From the NCBI GenBank assembly GCA_016197155.1, contig JACPWF010000019.1, positions 1,485 through 65,484 of the forward strand: a stretch of 64,000 nt of DNA. The letters are read 5' to 3'. The notes below the pieces were generated by a model. It ran no database searches. It was not told where the DNA came from and was given only the letters and a program-made list of their open reading frames with translations. Origin of the DNA: Candidatus Omnitrophota bacterium (GTDB lineage Bacteria > Omnitrophota > Gorgyraeia > 2-02-FULL-51-18). Shown here piece after piece: positions 20,200 to 29,788 of this stretch. The position numbers and the translations under genes were made by a program. Position 1 is the stretch's first letter. Every line of letters starts with the position of its first letter.

Positions 20200-22517
20200 A
20201 AAATTTTAACCTCCGTCTCCAAATCGACTCCGGCTTTTTCGCGAACCCTCCGGCGGACCGCTTCGATGAGGGCCGTCACGTCCTTGGCGGAGGCCCCGCC
20301 CAAATTGATGAGGAAATTGGCGTGCACCGTCGAAACCTGCGCGCGGCCGACCGTGAGCCCCTTGAGGCCCGCCTCGTCGATCAGTTTTCCGCTGGAGCGC
20401 GCGCCCTCGGCCGGATTTTTGAAGAGACACCCGGCGCTGGGGTGCTTCAGGTCCTGCGTGTTCATCCGGTGCGCGTGATACTCGTCCAATTTTTTCTGAA
20501 CCGTTTCGCGCGCGCGGCGCGGCAGGCGAAACACGGCCTCCACGATGACGCCGTCCCGGATGCCGGAGGAGCGGTAGCCAAAACCGATTTCGCTTTTTTT
20601 TAATTTTTTAAATTCCCCCTCAAACGTGAGAAGCGTGATTTCTTCCAAAATCGAATCCATGGACTGGCCGTGACTGCCCGCGTTCATCGCGACGGCGCCG
20701 CCCAGATTTCCCGGGATGCCGGAAAGAAATTCACAGCCGCCGAAACCATTTTCCAGGGCCAGCTGAATGAAAAGCGAGTTCGGCACGCCGGCCCGCGCGG
20801 TGATCGTTTCCTTTTCCACGCGCGCTTCCTTGAAATAAGCCGCGCCCAAGTGGATCACGGCCCCTTTCAATCCTTCGTCCGGCGCGAGGACGTTGCTCCC
20901 CGCTCCAAAAATGTGGATCGGAAGGTTTTTCCCGCGGCAGATGAGGACCGCCCGCCTCAGATCCTCCGCGTCCGCGGGCTCGATCCAAAACTCCGCCGGT
21001 CCCCCGATCCTGAGAGACGTGTGTTTGGCCAGCCCCTCCGAGGGGACCACCTTTCCGCGGACTTCGCGGAATAAATTCAGATGCGCCGCCAGTTCCCAGG
21101 CCACTTCCTCGATGTCCCCCGCGCCGAGCACCATCACCAGATCCCCCGGCCGGATCTCATTTTCCAAAGCCGCGTAAACTTCCGGGCGCGGCACAAACGC
21201 GGCGTCGGCATGCCCCGACTCGCGCACCGCGCGGCAAAAACCCTCGCCGCTCACGCCCGGAATGGGTGTCTCGCTCGCGGCGTAAATGTCGGTGACGATG
21301 AGTTTGTCCGCGGCTGAAAAACTCGACGCGAAATCCTTCAAAAAAAATTGGGTGCGCGTGAAACGGTGCGGCTGAAAAACGGCGAAGAGCCGTTTGGGCC
21401 CGAGCGCCCGGGCCGCGGCGAGGGTTTTGTGGATCTCCGTCGGGTGATGGGCGTAATCATCGACGATCTAAAACCTGCCGTCTTCGTATTGGACGCCGAA
21501 CCGGCGGCCCGCGCCTTCGTATTTTCCGAGTGCGGCGGCGATCACGGAAAAAGAGACGCCCAATTTCAATCCGACGGCGGCCGCCCCCAGCGCGTTCAGC
21601 ACGTTGTGAACGCCCAAAAGATTCAGGCGCACGGGGCCGAGACACCGGCCCTTTTCCCACATCTTGAACGCGACCGCGCGCGCGTTTTGCGGGCACTCCA
21701 CGATGTCCGTCGCGTAAAACTCGTTTTTGGGATCGAGGCCGTAAAGGCGCGCGGGCCGGATATTTTCCCGTGCCAGGCGCAAAACGCGCGCGTCTTCGGC
21801 ACAGCCGATCCATTCGGCATCCGCCGGCAGGCGCCGCAGGAAATCGCGGTAGGCGTCTTCCACGCGGCCGATCGTTTCAAAATGTTCCATGTGATCGGCC
21901 TCGATGTTGGTGATGACCTCGATGGCGGGTGAAAATTTGAGAAAGGAAGAATCGCTCTCGTCCGCTTCGATCACGATCTCGGACCCGCCGCCGAGGCAGG
22001 CGTTGCCCCCGAACGCGCCGACGACGCCGCCGACCACGATCGACGGGTCGCGGCGGGCCTCTTTCAAGATCATTCCGATGAGCGCGGTGGTCGTGGTTTT
22101 TCCGTGCGTGCCGGTCACGGCGATCGTGGTTTTGCCTTCACAAATTTCGGCGAGCGCCTCGGCGCGGTGAAGGAGCCTCGCCCCTTTTCGCGCGGCCTCG
22201 AGCCGCTCGGGGTGATCGCGCGAAATCGAGGTGGAATAAACCACGGTGCCGGCGCCGTTCACATGAGACGCGTCGTGCCCCATCAACACCCTCGCGCCGG
22301 CCTTTTCAAGCCCGCGCAGGACCTCGTTCATTTTGAGGTCACTGCCCTGCACGGCGTATCCCAGTGACAGGTAGATGCGCGCGAGGCCGCTCATCCCGAT
22401 CCCGCCGATTCCGATGAGGTGAATGGTTTTCTGTGAATTCACGAGGCAAGCTCTTCGATGAAATTGGCCAGCCGCGAGCGCGACGAATCCGCGGCCGGGT
22501 GGTCCCCCGGCGGCCAT
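20196..22517 (-). CDS. murC-murB: UDP-N-acetylmuramate--L-alanine ligase fused in-frame to UDP-N-acetylenolpyruvoylglucosamine reductase (MurC-MurB). The reading frame is interrupted by a single in-frame TAG at 21468..21470.
   Basis: Track ORF 21468..22517 is the MurC N- and central domains (GIGGIGMSGLA...). After one TAG codon the same frame continues (IVDDYAHHPTEIHKTLAAARALGPKRLFAVFQPHRFTRTQFF...) into track ORF 20196..21341, which starts on TTG. That ORF holds the MurC C-terminal domain joined without a stop to type-II MurB (...LAKHTSLRIGGPAEFWIEP...). Confidence 0.75.
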
Positions 22518-23542
22518 CCGTTATTTTTCTTTTCGGTGATTTTTTGAAAATATTGCGCAAGAAGCTCCGCCAATTTTTTCGGATCAATTTTCAATTCATC
22601 GAGCACCGCCGCGTCGTGGGTCCGGCTAAACACGCGGGCGTTGACCTTCTGGTGGCCGTTGCCGTGAGGGTACGGCACGAGGATCGCGGGAATTTTTTTC
22701 GCCGCGATCTCGGCGAGGAACGTCGCGCCCGAACGGCCGAGCGCCAGGTCCGCGGCGGCGTAGGCGAGGTCCATTCTTTCGAAAAAGGCGTACGCGCGGC
22801 AGTTCATTCCGGCGTCGCGGCAGGTTTTTTCCGACTCAAACGGGGGCATCTTTCCCGAGAGGTGCAGGATCTGGACACGCCCGCGCCAATCCTCCGGCAG
22901 AAATTTGAGGGCGCGGAAAAAAAGCGCATTGATGGATTCGGCGCCCTGACTGCCGCCGAGAAGAAGGAGCGTCATTTTCCCGGCGTCAAAACCAAAATAG
23001 CCGAGCGCCTCCTCGCGGTTCCCTTTCTCAATGGACGCGCGGATGGGGTTGCCCGTGACACGCACGTCTTTTGCCTTTTTTGGGAGAGCGCCCTTCGTCT
23101 CGGCGAAACTGAGCGCGGTCCCGTCCGTCCAGCGGCTTAAAAAACGGTTGGCGACTCCCGGCACCACGTTCTGTTCATGGATCAAGGTCCGTACCCCCAT
23201 GAGCCTCGCGGTCAAAACCACCGGAAACGAAAAATAACCCCCGAACCCGACCACGACATCCGGCTTTTCCGCCCCAAGCGCCCGCGCGCTCCCCAGGATC
23301 CCCGCGGCCAATTTTATCAGAAACCGCGCGTCCCATAAAGAGCGCCGCCCGAGAAACGGCGCGCTCGCGATGGAGATGACTTTTTCGTTTTCGAGGGGAC
23401 GGAAGATCTCGCGCTCGATGCCCTTATTCCCGCAGACATAAACGATCCGGCAATCCGGCCGGCGCTTTTTCAATTCTTCCGCCACGCTGAACGCCGGAAA
23501 AATATGCCCGCCGCTTCCCCCGCACGCGAGGACGATCTTCAT
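22439..23542 (-). CDS. murG: Undecaprenyldiphospho-muramoylpentapeptide beta-N-acetylglucosaminyltransferase
   Basis: MKIVLACGGSGGHIFPAFSVAEEL... The ATG at 23542 overlaps the ftsW stop (ATGA). The track ORF 5' extension was rejected. Confidence 0.9.
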   Translation of the reverse strand: MKIVLACGGSGGHIFPAFSVAEELKKRRPDCRIVYVCGNKGIEREIFRPLENEKVISIASAPFLGRRSLWDARFLIKLAAGILGSARALGAEKPDVVVGFGGYFSFPVVLTARLMGVRTLIHEQNVVPGVANRFLSRWTDGTALSFAETKGALPKKAKDVRVTGNPIRASIEKGNREEALGYFGFDAGKMTLLLLGGSQGAESINALFFRALKFLPEDWRGRVQILHLSGKMPPFESEKTCRDAGMNCRAYAFFERMDLAYAAADLALGRSGATFLAEIAAKKIPAILVPYPHGNGHQKVNARVFSRTHDAAVLDELKIDPKKLAELLAQYFQKITEKKNNGWPPGDHPAADSSRSRLANFIEELAS

Positions 23543-24645
23543 CCGCTTTCTCCCGGCCTTTCTTTGGAAAGAGTCCACAAAAGCCCCACGCCCGCCAGGT
23601 TCGCCAGGAGCGCCGACCCGCCGTAGCTGATAAAAGGAAGCGAGAGCCCCTTGGTCGGCAGGGCGCCGATGCTGACGCCGATATTGATCACCGCCTCGAG
23701 GCCGATCAGCGAAACGAGGCCCAATCCCAAAAGCTGGGGGAAAAAATGATGGGAACGGAACACGATCACCATTCCGGCGAATAAAAATAAAATGAATAAA
23801 ATGACGACGGCGCTCGTGCCCACAAATCCCAGCTCTTCCCCGATGATCGAAAAAATAAAATCCGTGTGCGATTCGGGAAGATAAAAAAGTTTCTGCTGGG
23901 ACTGCCCGAGCCCCACGCCGAAAAACCCGCCCGAGCCCAGCGCCAAAAAAGACTGGATGATCTGAAACCCGACGCCGCGCGGGTCCTCCCACGGATGAAA
24001 AAAAGCCAAAAGCCGTTTGCGCCGGTAGGGCCTGGAGAGGGCCGCGTACACGACCACCGGCGCCGCCAGGAGGACCGCGGTCAATAGAGTGGAGACCCTG
24101 AACCCGGCCGCGAAAAAAAGAATGAAGATCACCAGCGCCACCGTGACCGCCGTCCCGAAGTCCGGCTGTTTGAACACCAGGCCCACCGACAAACCCAAAA
24201 TGAAAAGAGCCGGCAGGACGGTGCGTTTCAGATCGTGAAGCGATTCTCTCCTGCGGTCGAGGAAATCGGCCATGTAAAAAATGAGCGCCAATTTTAAAAA
24301 TTCAGAAGGCTGAAAACTGAATCCCAAAATTTTAAACCAGCGCCGCGCGCCGCCCATGGAATGGCCCACGTGAGGAACCAGAACCATCGCGAGCAGTGCC
24401 AGCGCGGCGATGAGAATTCCCTTGGCGTGCCTTCGAAGTCTTTGAATATTCACCAAAGCGGCCAACCACGCCAAAACGCCGCCCAGCGCCAGATACGCCA
24501 AATGGCGTTTCAAATAATACGCGCTGTCCTTCATCTGGTCGAGCGCGTAAATGGCGCTGGCGCTGTAAATCATCACGGCCCCCAGCGCCAGGAGGACCAG
24601 CGTCGAACCCAGGAGGATCGCCCGCGCTTTTTTCAGGGATTCCAT
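23539..24645 (-). CDS. ftsW: Peptidoglycan glycosyltransferase FtsW (SEDS family)
   Basis: 368 aa polytopic SEDS protein between murD and murG. Confidence 0.85.
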   Translation of the reverse strand: MESLKKARAILLGSTLVLLALGAVMIYSASAIYALDQMKDSAYYLKRHLAYLALGGVLAWLAALVNIQRLRRHAKGILIAALALLAMVLVPHVGHSMGGARRWFKILGFSFQPSEFLKLALIFYMADFLDRRRESLHDLKRTVLPALFILGLSVGLVFKQPDFGTAVTVALVIFILFFAAGFRVSTLLTAVLLAAPVVVYAALSRPYRRKRLLAFFHPWEDPRGVGFQIIQSFLALGSGGFFGVGLGQSQQKLFYLPESHTDFIFSIIGEELGFVGTSAVVILFILFLFAGMVIVFRSHHFFPQLLGLGLVSLIGLEAVINIGVSIGALPTKGLSLPFISYGGSALLANLAGVGLLWTLSKERPGESG

Positions 24646-26003
24646 CAGGAGACGGCCAGTTCCGCGAAAATTTTCTTAAAGGTCTCTCCGCGGTGTTCGA
24701 AAGAATGAAATTGGTCAAAGCTCGCGCACATCGGCGATAAAAGGAGCGCGTCGCCCGGCCCCGCGAGCCGGTAGGCCAGGCGCGCGGCCGCGGAAAAATC
24801 TTTTTGAATGTGAAAACGCCTGAACGATCTCCAGGATCCGGCGATCTTTCCGGCGGCCTCGCCGTACAAAACGGCTTCCTTCACTTTATCCTCGATCACG
24901 TCTTCGATGGATCCGAAATCCGCGCCCTTGTCGCGCCCGCCGGCCACGAGCACGATCGGCCCGTCCGTCGCGAGGATCGCCGCCCGGGTGCTGCCCACCG
25001 TCGTTGACTTGGAATCGTTCACAAAACGCACGCCGCCGATCTCCCCGACGGGTTCGATCCGGTGCTCGAGCGCGCGGAACGCGCGAAGCGTCTTTTGAAG
25101 TTGCGCGGGGGACACGCCGAAAACGTCCGCCGCCGCGACGGCCGCCAGAATGTTTTCCAGGTTGTGATCGCCTTTTAACGGAAAATCCTCTTTTTGAAAA
25201 AAACGGCGCGCGTGTCTCGCGTCTTTTTTCACGATCCAGCCGTCTTCGACGCAAAAACCGGCGGGGATCGGATGCCGGCTAAAAAAAATGACGCGCGAGC
25301 GCGCCCTTTTGGCCATTCGCCGCACGGCGGGGTCGGCGAAATTGAGGATGAGCACGTCGCCCGGCTTTTGGTTGGCGAAAATTTTTTCCTTCGCGCGGAC
25401 GTAATTTTGAAACGTCCCGTGCCGGTCGAGGTGATTGGGCATGACGTTTAAAACCACCGCCGCGCGCGGCTTGAGGTGCGGGCTGTCCTCGAGTTGAAAG
25501 GAGCTCGTCTCGAGCACCACGCGCGTTTTCGCGCCGATCGACGCGAGCGCGTCCAAAAAAGAAAACCCGACGTTGCCGCACAACACGCTCTTTTGCCCCG
25601 CCTCGACGAAAAAGCGATGGAGGAGGTGGCTCGTCGTCGTCTTGCCGTTCGACCCCGTGACCGCCACGATCGGCCCTTCGCAGAAAAGCGAGGCCAGGTC
25701 CACTTCGCTCATAACCGGGATCTTTTTTTTCTTCGCGAACACAAGCGGCAGGCTTGTTTTCGGCACGCCGGGGCTCGTCACGACGAGCTCGCTTCCCAAT
25801 AGAAATTTCCCGGTGTGCCCGCCGGTCTCGACGCGGACGCCGAGGCCTTTTAAAAGGGCCGCGTTTCGAAGCGCGCCTTTTTTATCCGAGGCCTCCGTGA
25901 CGCGCACGCCGGCTTTTTGCGCGGCGAGGAACTTTGCCGCGGCCAGGCCGCTCCGGCCCAGTCCCACCACCGCGATTTTCTTGCCTTTTAATTTGAGCGT
26001 CAT
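24645..26003 (-). CDS. murD: UDP-N-acetylmuramoylalanine--D-glutamate ligase
   Basis: True start at MTLKLKGKKIAVVGLGRSG (about 26003). The track ORF carries a 193-aa spurious N-extension overlapping mraY. Confidence 0.85.
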   Translation of the reverse strand: MTLKLKGKKIAVVGLGRSGLAAAKFLAAQKAGVRVTEASDKKGALRNAALLKGLGVRVETGGHTGKFLLGSELVVTSPGVPKTSLPLVFAKKKKIPVMSEVDLASLFCEGPIVAVTGSNGKTTTSHLLHRFFVEAGQKSVLCGNVGFSFLDALASIGAKTRVVLETSSFQLEDSPHLKPRAAVVLNVMPNHLDRHGTFQNYVRAKEKIFANQKPGDVLILNFADPAVRRMAKRARSRVIFFSRHPIPAGFCVEDGWIVKKDARHARRFFQKEDFPLKGDHNLENILAAVAAADVFGVSPAQLQKTLRAFRALEHRIEPVGEIGGVRFVNDSKSTTVGSTRAAILATDGPIVLVAGGRDKGADFGSIEDVIEDKVKEAVLYGEAAGKIAGSWRSFRRFHIQKDFSAAARLAYRLAGPGDALLLSPMCASFDQFHSFEHRGETFKKIFAELAVS

Positions 26004-27088
26004 TGGAGTTTCAGCGAAGACAGCCCCGCCAGAGCGAGGATGATCGAAATGATCCAGAAGCGGATGACGACCTTTGATTCCGCGAGTCCTTTCAATTGAA
26101 AATGATGATGGACCGGCGCCATTAAAAAAATTCTTTTTTTTCGGAATTTGTAACTGGCCACCTGCAGCATGACGGACACGGCCTCCGCGACAAAAATCCC
26201 GCCGACGACCAAAAGTAACAGCTCTTTTTTGATCAGGACCGCGACCACTCCGAGCGCCCCGCCGAGGCCCAGCGACCCCACGTCCCCCATGAACACGCTC
26301 GCCGGATGCGAATTGAACCACAAAAAACCCAGGCCCGCGCCAAAAAGCGCCGCGCAAAAAACGGCCAGCTCGCCCGCGCCCGCCACGAACGGGATTTGCA
26401 GGTACTGGCTGAATTTCGCGTGCCCCGTGACGTAGCTCAAAATGCCGTAGGTGAGCGCGATCATGAGCGTGGAGCCCACGGCCAAACCGTCCAGGCCGTC
26501 GGTGAGATTCACCGCGTTCGAGGCGCCCGCGATCACGAGCGCGACGAATAAAATATAAAACGGCCCGATGAGGATCGCCCAATCCTTCAAAAACGGCACG
26601 TGGATTTTCTGCCAGCCCGGCGAATCCCAGTACAAAAAAGCGCCGAGAATGAGCCCCACCGCCACTTGTCCCGCCAGCTTGTTCGCCGCGGCGAGCCCTT
26701 TTGAATTTTTTCTCGACAGTTTCAAATAATCATCGACAAGTCCCACGCCCCCCAGCCACAGCACGACCGCGAGGGTCAGAACGACATAACGGTTCGTCAG
26801 GTCCGACCATAAAAGCGTCGAAGCCGTGACCGCGCCCAGGATCAAAAGGCCGCCCATCGTCGGGATCTTTTCCTTTCCCGCGTGCGCGCCGTAGAGCGCC
26901 GAGAAACCCGCGCGTTCGATGGTCTGTTTGAAATCGAGCCGCGAAAGAAAACGGATCACCGCCGGCCCGAGCCACACGCTCACGCCAAACGCCGTGAGAC
27001 TCGCCATCGCGGCGCGAAACGTGATGTAGCGGAAAACGTTGAAGCCGAAGAAAAAATCCCTTAACGGGTAAAGGAAGTGATAAAGCAC
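26000..27088 (-). CDS. mraY: Phospho-N-acetylmuramoyl-pentapeptide-transferase
   Basis: A GTG start at about 27088 gives MLYHFLYPLRDFFFGFNVFRYITFR..., matching the E. coli MraY N-terminus. It overlaps the murF end. Confidence 0.85.
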   Translation of the reverse strand: MLYHFLYPLRDFFFGFNVFRYITFRAAMASLTAFGVSVWLGPAVIRFLSRLDFKQTIERAGFSALYGAHAGKEKIPTMGGLLILGAVTASTLLWSDLTNRYVVLTLAVVLWLGGVGLVDDYLKLSRKNSKGLAAANKLAGQVAVGLILGAFLYWDSPGWQKIHVPFLKDWAILIGPFYILFVALVIAGASNAVNLTDGLDGLAVGSTLMIALTYGILSYVTGHAKFSQYLQIPFVAGAGELAVFCAALFGAGLGFLWFNSHPASVFMGDVGSLGLGGALGVVAVLIKKELLLLVVGGIFVAEAVSVMLQVASYKFRKKRIFLMAPVHHHFQLKGLAESKVVIRFWIISIILALAGLSSLKLQ

Positions 27089-28335
27089 TCGAAGACCTTT
27101 TCCATTTTCATTCCCCGCGAACCCTTCACCAGGACCCGGTCGCCCGCCGACGCCCATTCGCGGCAGAGCGCTCCGGCGTCCTCGGCGTTTTTCACGTGCC
27201 GGATCCTCGATGAGTCAAACCCATTTTTCACGGCCTCGTCCACAAGCGCCGCGGACAGGGGACCCGCCGCGATCACAAAATCAAATAAAAATTCCGCCAG
27301 AAGCAAACCCATCCGCCGGTGCAGGGCCCCGGCCTGTCCGCCGAGTTCCAGCATATCCCCGCACACCACGCCTTTTTTTCCGCGCGTCTCGAGACTTTGA
27401 AGCGCCTCGAGCGCGGCCTTGAACGAGACGGGGTTGGAATTGTACGTGTCATTGATGAAATGGATCCCGGCGATTTCTTTTTCCTCGAGCCGGCCTTTGA
27501 CGGGCTCGAAAGAACCCAGGCCCTCGCGGACAGTCCCTTCATCGATGCCAAGCTCCGTCGCCGCGGCCGCCGCCAAAAGACCGTTCAGCCGGTTGTCGCG
27601 GCCGATGAGCCGCATCGGATAACGGTCAGAAAAGGACACGCGCAGAATGCGGTGGCGTGCGCTTTTGATTTCTTTCAATGAAGGATCTTCGCCGTTTACA
27701 ATAAATATCCCGCCGGCCGCGAGCCCCTTCAAAATGCCCAGCTTTTCTTCCCTGACGCCTTCCAAATTATTCAATCCTTCCAGATGCGAGTGCCCGACCC
27801 GCGTGAGAATGGCGAGCGTCGGCGAGGCCATGCGCGACAACCGCCCGATTTCTCCCGGCCGGTTCGTCCCCATTTCCAACACCAGGACCTCATGCCCCCT
27901 CCGAAGCCGGAGGATAGTCTTGGGCACGCCCACCAGATTATTTTCGGTGCCTTCATTTTTCAACACGTTCAATTTTTTTTTCAAAAGATGCGCGAGGAGC
28001 TCTTTCACGGTGGTCTTTCCCACGCTCCCCGTCACGGCGACGACGGGGATCTTAAATTGTCCGCGGTAAACTTTGGCGAGCTCCCCGTAGGCCTTGAGCG
28101 TGTCGCGGACTTTCAGAAAACCCGCGGATTTTTCAAATTTTGAATGAATCTTTTTCGAATCGGAAAAAACAACGCGCCACGCGCCCTTCGCGACGGCCTC
28201 TTCGATAAAATCATGGCCGTCAAAACGCGGCCCCTTGAGCGCGAAAAAAATATCGCCCTGTTTTAACGTGCGCGTGTCCGTGGAAACGCCGCGTCCGGGC
28301 AGTTCGAGCGCCAATTGTCGAAGATCAGTTTCCAC
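27061..28335 (-). CDS. murF: UDP-N-acetylmuramoyl-tripeptide--D-alanyl-D-alanine ligase
   Basis: 424 aa Mur ligase (VAVTGSVGKTT P-loop). Confidence 0.9.
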   Translation of the reverse strand: METDLRQLALELPGRGVSTDTRTLKQGDIFFALKGPRFDGHDFIEEAVAKGAWRVVFSDSKKIHSKFEKSAGFLKVRDTLKAYGELAKVYRGQFKIPVVAVTGSVGKTTVKELLAHLLKKKLNVLKNEGTENNLVGVPKTILRLRRGHEVLVLEMGTNRPGEIGRLSRMASPTLAILTRVGHSHLEGLNNLEGVREEKLGILKGLAAGGIFIVNGEDPSLKEIKSARHRILRVSFSDRYPMRLIGRDNRLNGLLAAAAATELGIDEGTVREGLGSFEPVKGRLEEKEIAGIHFINDTYNSNPVSFKAALEALQSLETRGKKGVVCGDMLELGGQAGALHRRMGLLLAEFLFDFVIAAGPLSAALVDEAVKNGFDSSRIRHVKNAEDAGALCREWASAGDRVLVKGSRGMKMEKVFECFITSFTR

Positions 28336-29788
28336 GAAGCACCCTCTCGGCCTCTTCGCGGTCGCTGAACGGGATCCGCTCCCGGCCGATCACCTGCTCC
28401 CGCTCGTGCCCCTTTCCGGCCAGAAGGACGATGTCTCCCCGCCGCGCGGACAAAAGCGCCTGCCGGATCGCTTTTTTTCTGTCCAGGACGACCGAATATT
28501 TTTTAAAATCCGCCGGGAAACCCGCGCAAACTTCCCCGGCGATTTCTTTTGGATCTTCCGAACGCGGGTTGTCGGAGGTCACGATCACGCTGTCCGAATA
28601 CTCGGCGGCGATCCGCCCCATCCGGGGCCGTTTCCCCGTGTCGCGCTCCCCGCCGCATCCGAAAACGGTGATGAGTTTGGCGGTTTTATAAGGGGCGAGA
28701 CTCCGCAGGACATTTTCGAGACCGTCCGGCGTGTGGGCAAAATCCACAAAGACGGCGAAATCCTGCCCGCCGTCCACCGCCTCGAGCCGGCCCGGCACGC
28801 CTTCAAAATACCGGAGGCTCTCGGCGCATTTTTTAACGTCGAGTCCCATCGCCGAGGCCACGGCCAAACTGCCCAGCGCATTGTACACGTTGTGCAGTCC
28901 CAAAAGCGGCGACACGACCTCGAGCCGGCCTTCGGGATAGGAGAGAGAAAATTTCGTGTCCTTCAGACCCGCCGCGATCTCGCGCGCCCTGAAATCCGCC
29001 TGTTCCTTCACCGCGTAAGTGAGGTCGCGTGACCGGATCTTTTTTTTTAATTTTTGACCCCAGGGGTCGTCGCCGTTGATGACGGAAAATTGACCGGGCG
29101 ACAGTCCCGTGAAAAGCCGCGACTTGGCTTCAAAATAGGCCTCGAGCGTTTTGTGATAATCCAGATGGTCCTGCGTCAAATTCGTGAAAAGCGCGGCCGC
29201 AAAATCGATCCCCGACACGCGCCCCTGGTCAAGCGCATGGGACGAAACTTCCATCACCGCGTATGGCAAGCCCGCGCTCACCATTTCGGAAAAAATGGAC
29301 TGAAGCCGCAGAGGCCCGGGCGTGGTTTCGGAGGCGGGGATTTGGCGCCCGGCAAAGCGGGTGTTGACAGTCCCGATCACACCCACCTCGCGGCCGCTTG
29401 TTTTTAAAAAGTGTTCGACGAGATAACTGCAGGTGGTTTTGCCGTTGGTGCCCGTGATCCCGATGACCTGCAAATGTCTGGCCGGATGCCGGTAAAAAGA
29501 GCCCGCGAGCCGGGAGGCGGCCTCGCGGCACCCGGGAACCAAAATAAAAGGAATGGCGCCGGGCAGATCCAAAGGCCGCTCACCGGCCACCGCCGAGGCC
29601 CCGCGCTCGATCGCCTCGCGGACAAAATCCCCGCCGTCCTGTTTGACGCCCCGGACCGCGAGAAACAGAAAATCTTTTCCGACTTTCCGCGAATCGCATT
29701 CGAGGCCCCGGATTTCCAGGTCCGGCAATGAAGAAAATTCCCGCCGCTCCGGATACGCCTCCTCGAAAAGCGCCTTTAGGGAAATCAT
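28325..29788 (-). CDS. murE: UDP-N-acetylmuramoyl-L-alanyl-D-glutamate--2,6-diaminopimelate ligase
   Basis: 487 aa Mur ligase (IGITGTNGKTT). Confidence 0.9.
   Translation of the reverse strand: MISLKALFEEAYPERREFSSLPDLEIRGLECDSRKVGKDFLFLAVRGVKQDGGDFVREAIERGASAVAGERPLDLPGAIPFILVPGCREAASRLAGSFYRHPARHLQVIGITGTNGKTTCSYLVEHFLKTSGREVGVIGTVNTRFAGRQIPASETTPGPLRLQSIFSEMVSAGLPYAVMEVSSHALDQGRVSGIDFAAALFTNLTQDHLDYHKTLEAYFEAKSRLFTGLSPGQFSVINGDDPWGQKLKKKIRSRDLTYAVKEQADFRAREIAAGLKDTKFSLSYPEGRLEVVSPLLGLHNVYNALGSLAVASAMGLDVKKCAESLRYFEGVPGRLEAVDGGQDFAVFVDFAHTPDGLENVLRSLAPYKTAKLITVFGCGGERDTGKRPRMGRIAAEYSDSVIVTSDNPRSEDPKEIAGEVCAGFPADFKKYSVVLDRKKAIRQALLSARRGDIVLLAGKGHEREQVIGRERIPFSDREEAERVLRGN

Noticed and set aside
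24645-26582. 645-aa ORF called as one protein
   Set aside because: The first about 193 aa are an out-of-frame read-through across mraY. The real MurD starts at MTLKLKGKKIAVVG. The same trimming was applied to murG (22439..23992), bamD, ribE, rnhA, rsmE and bcsA.
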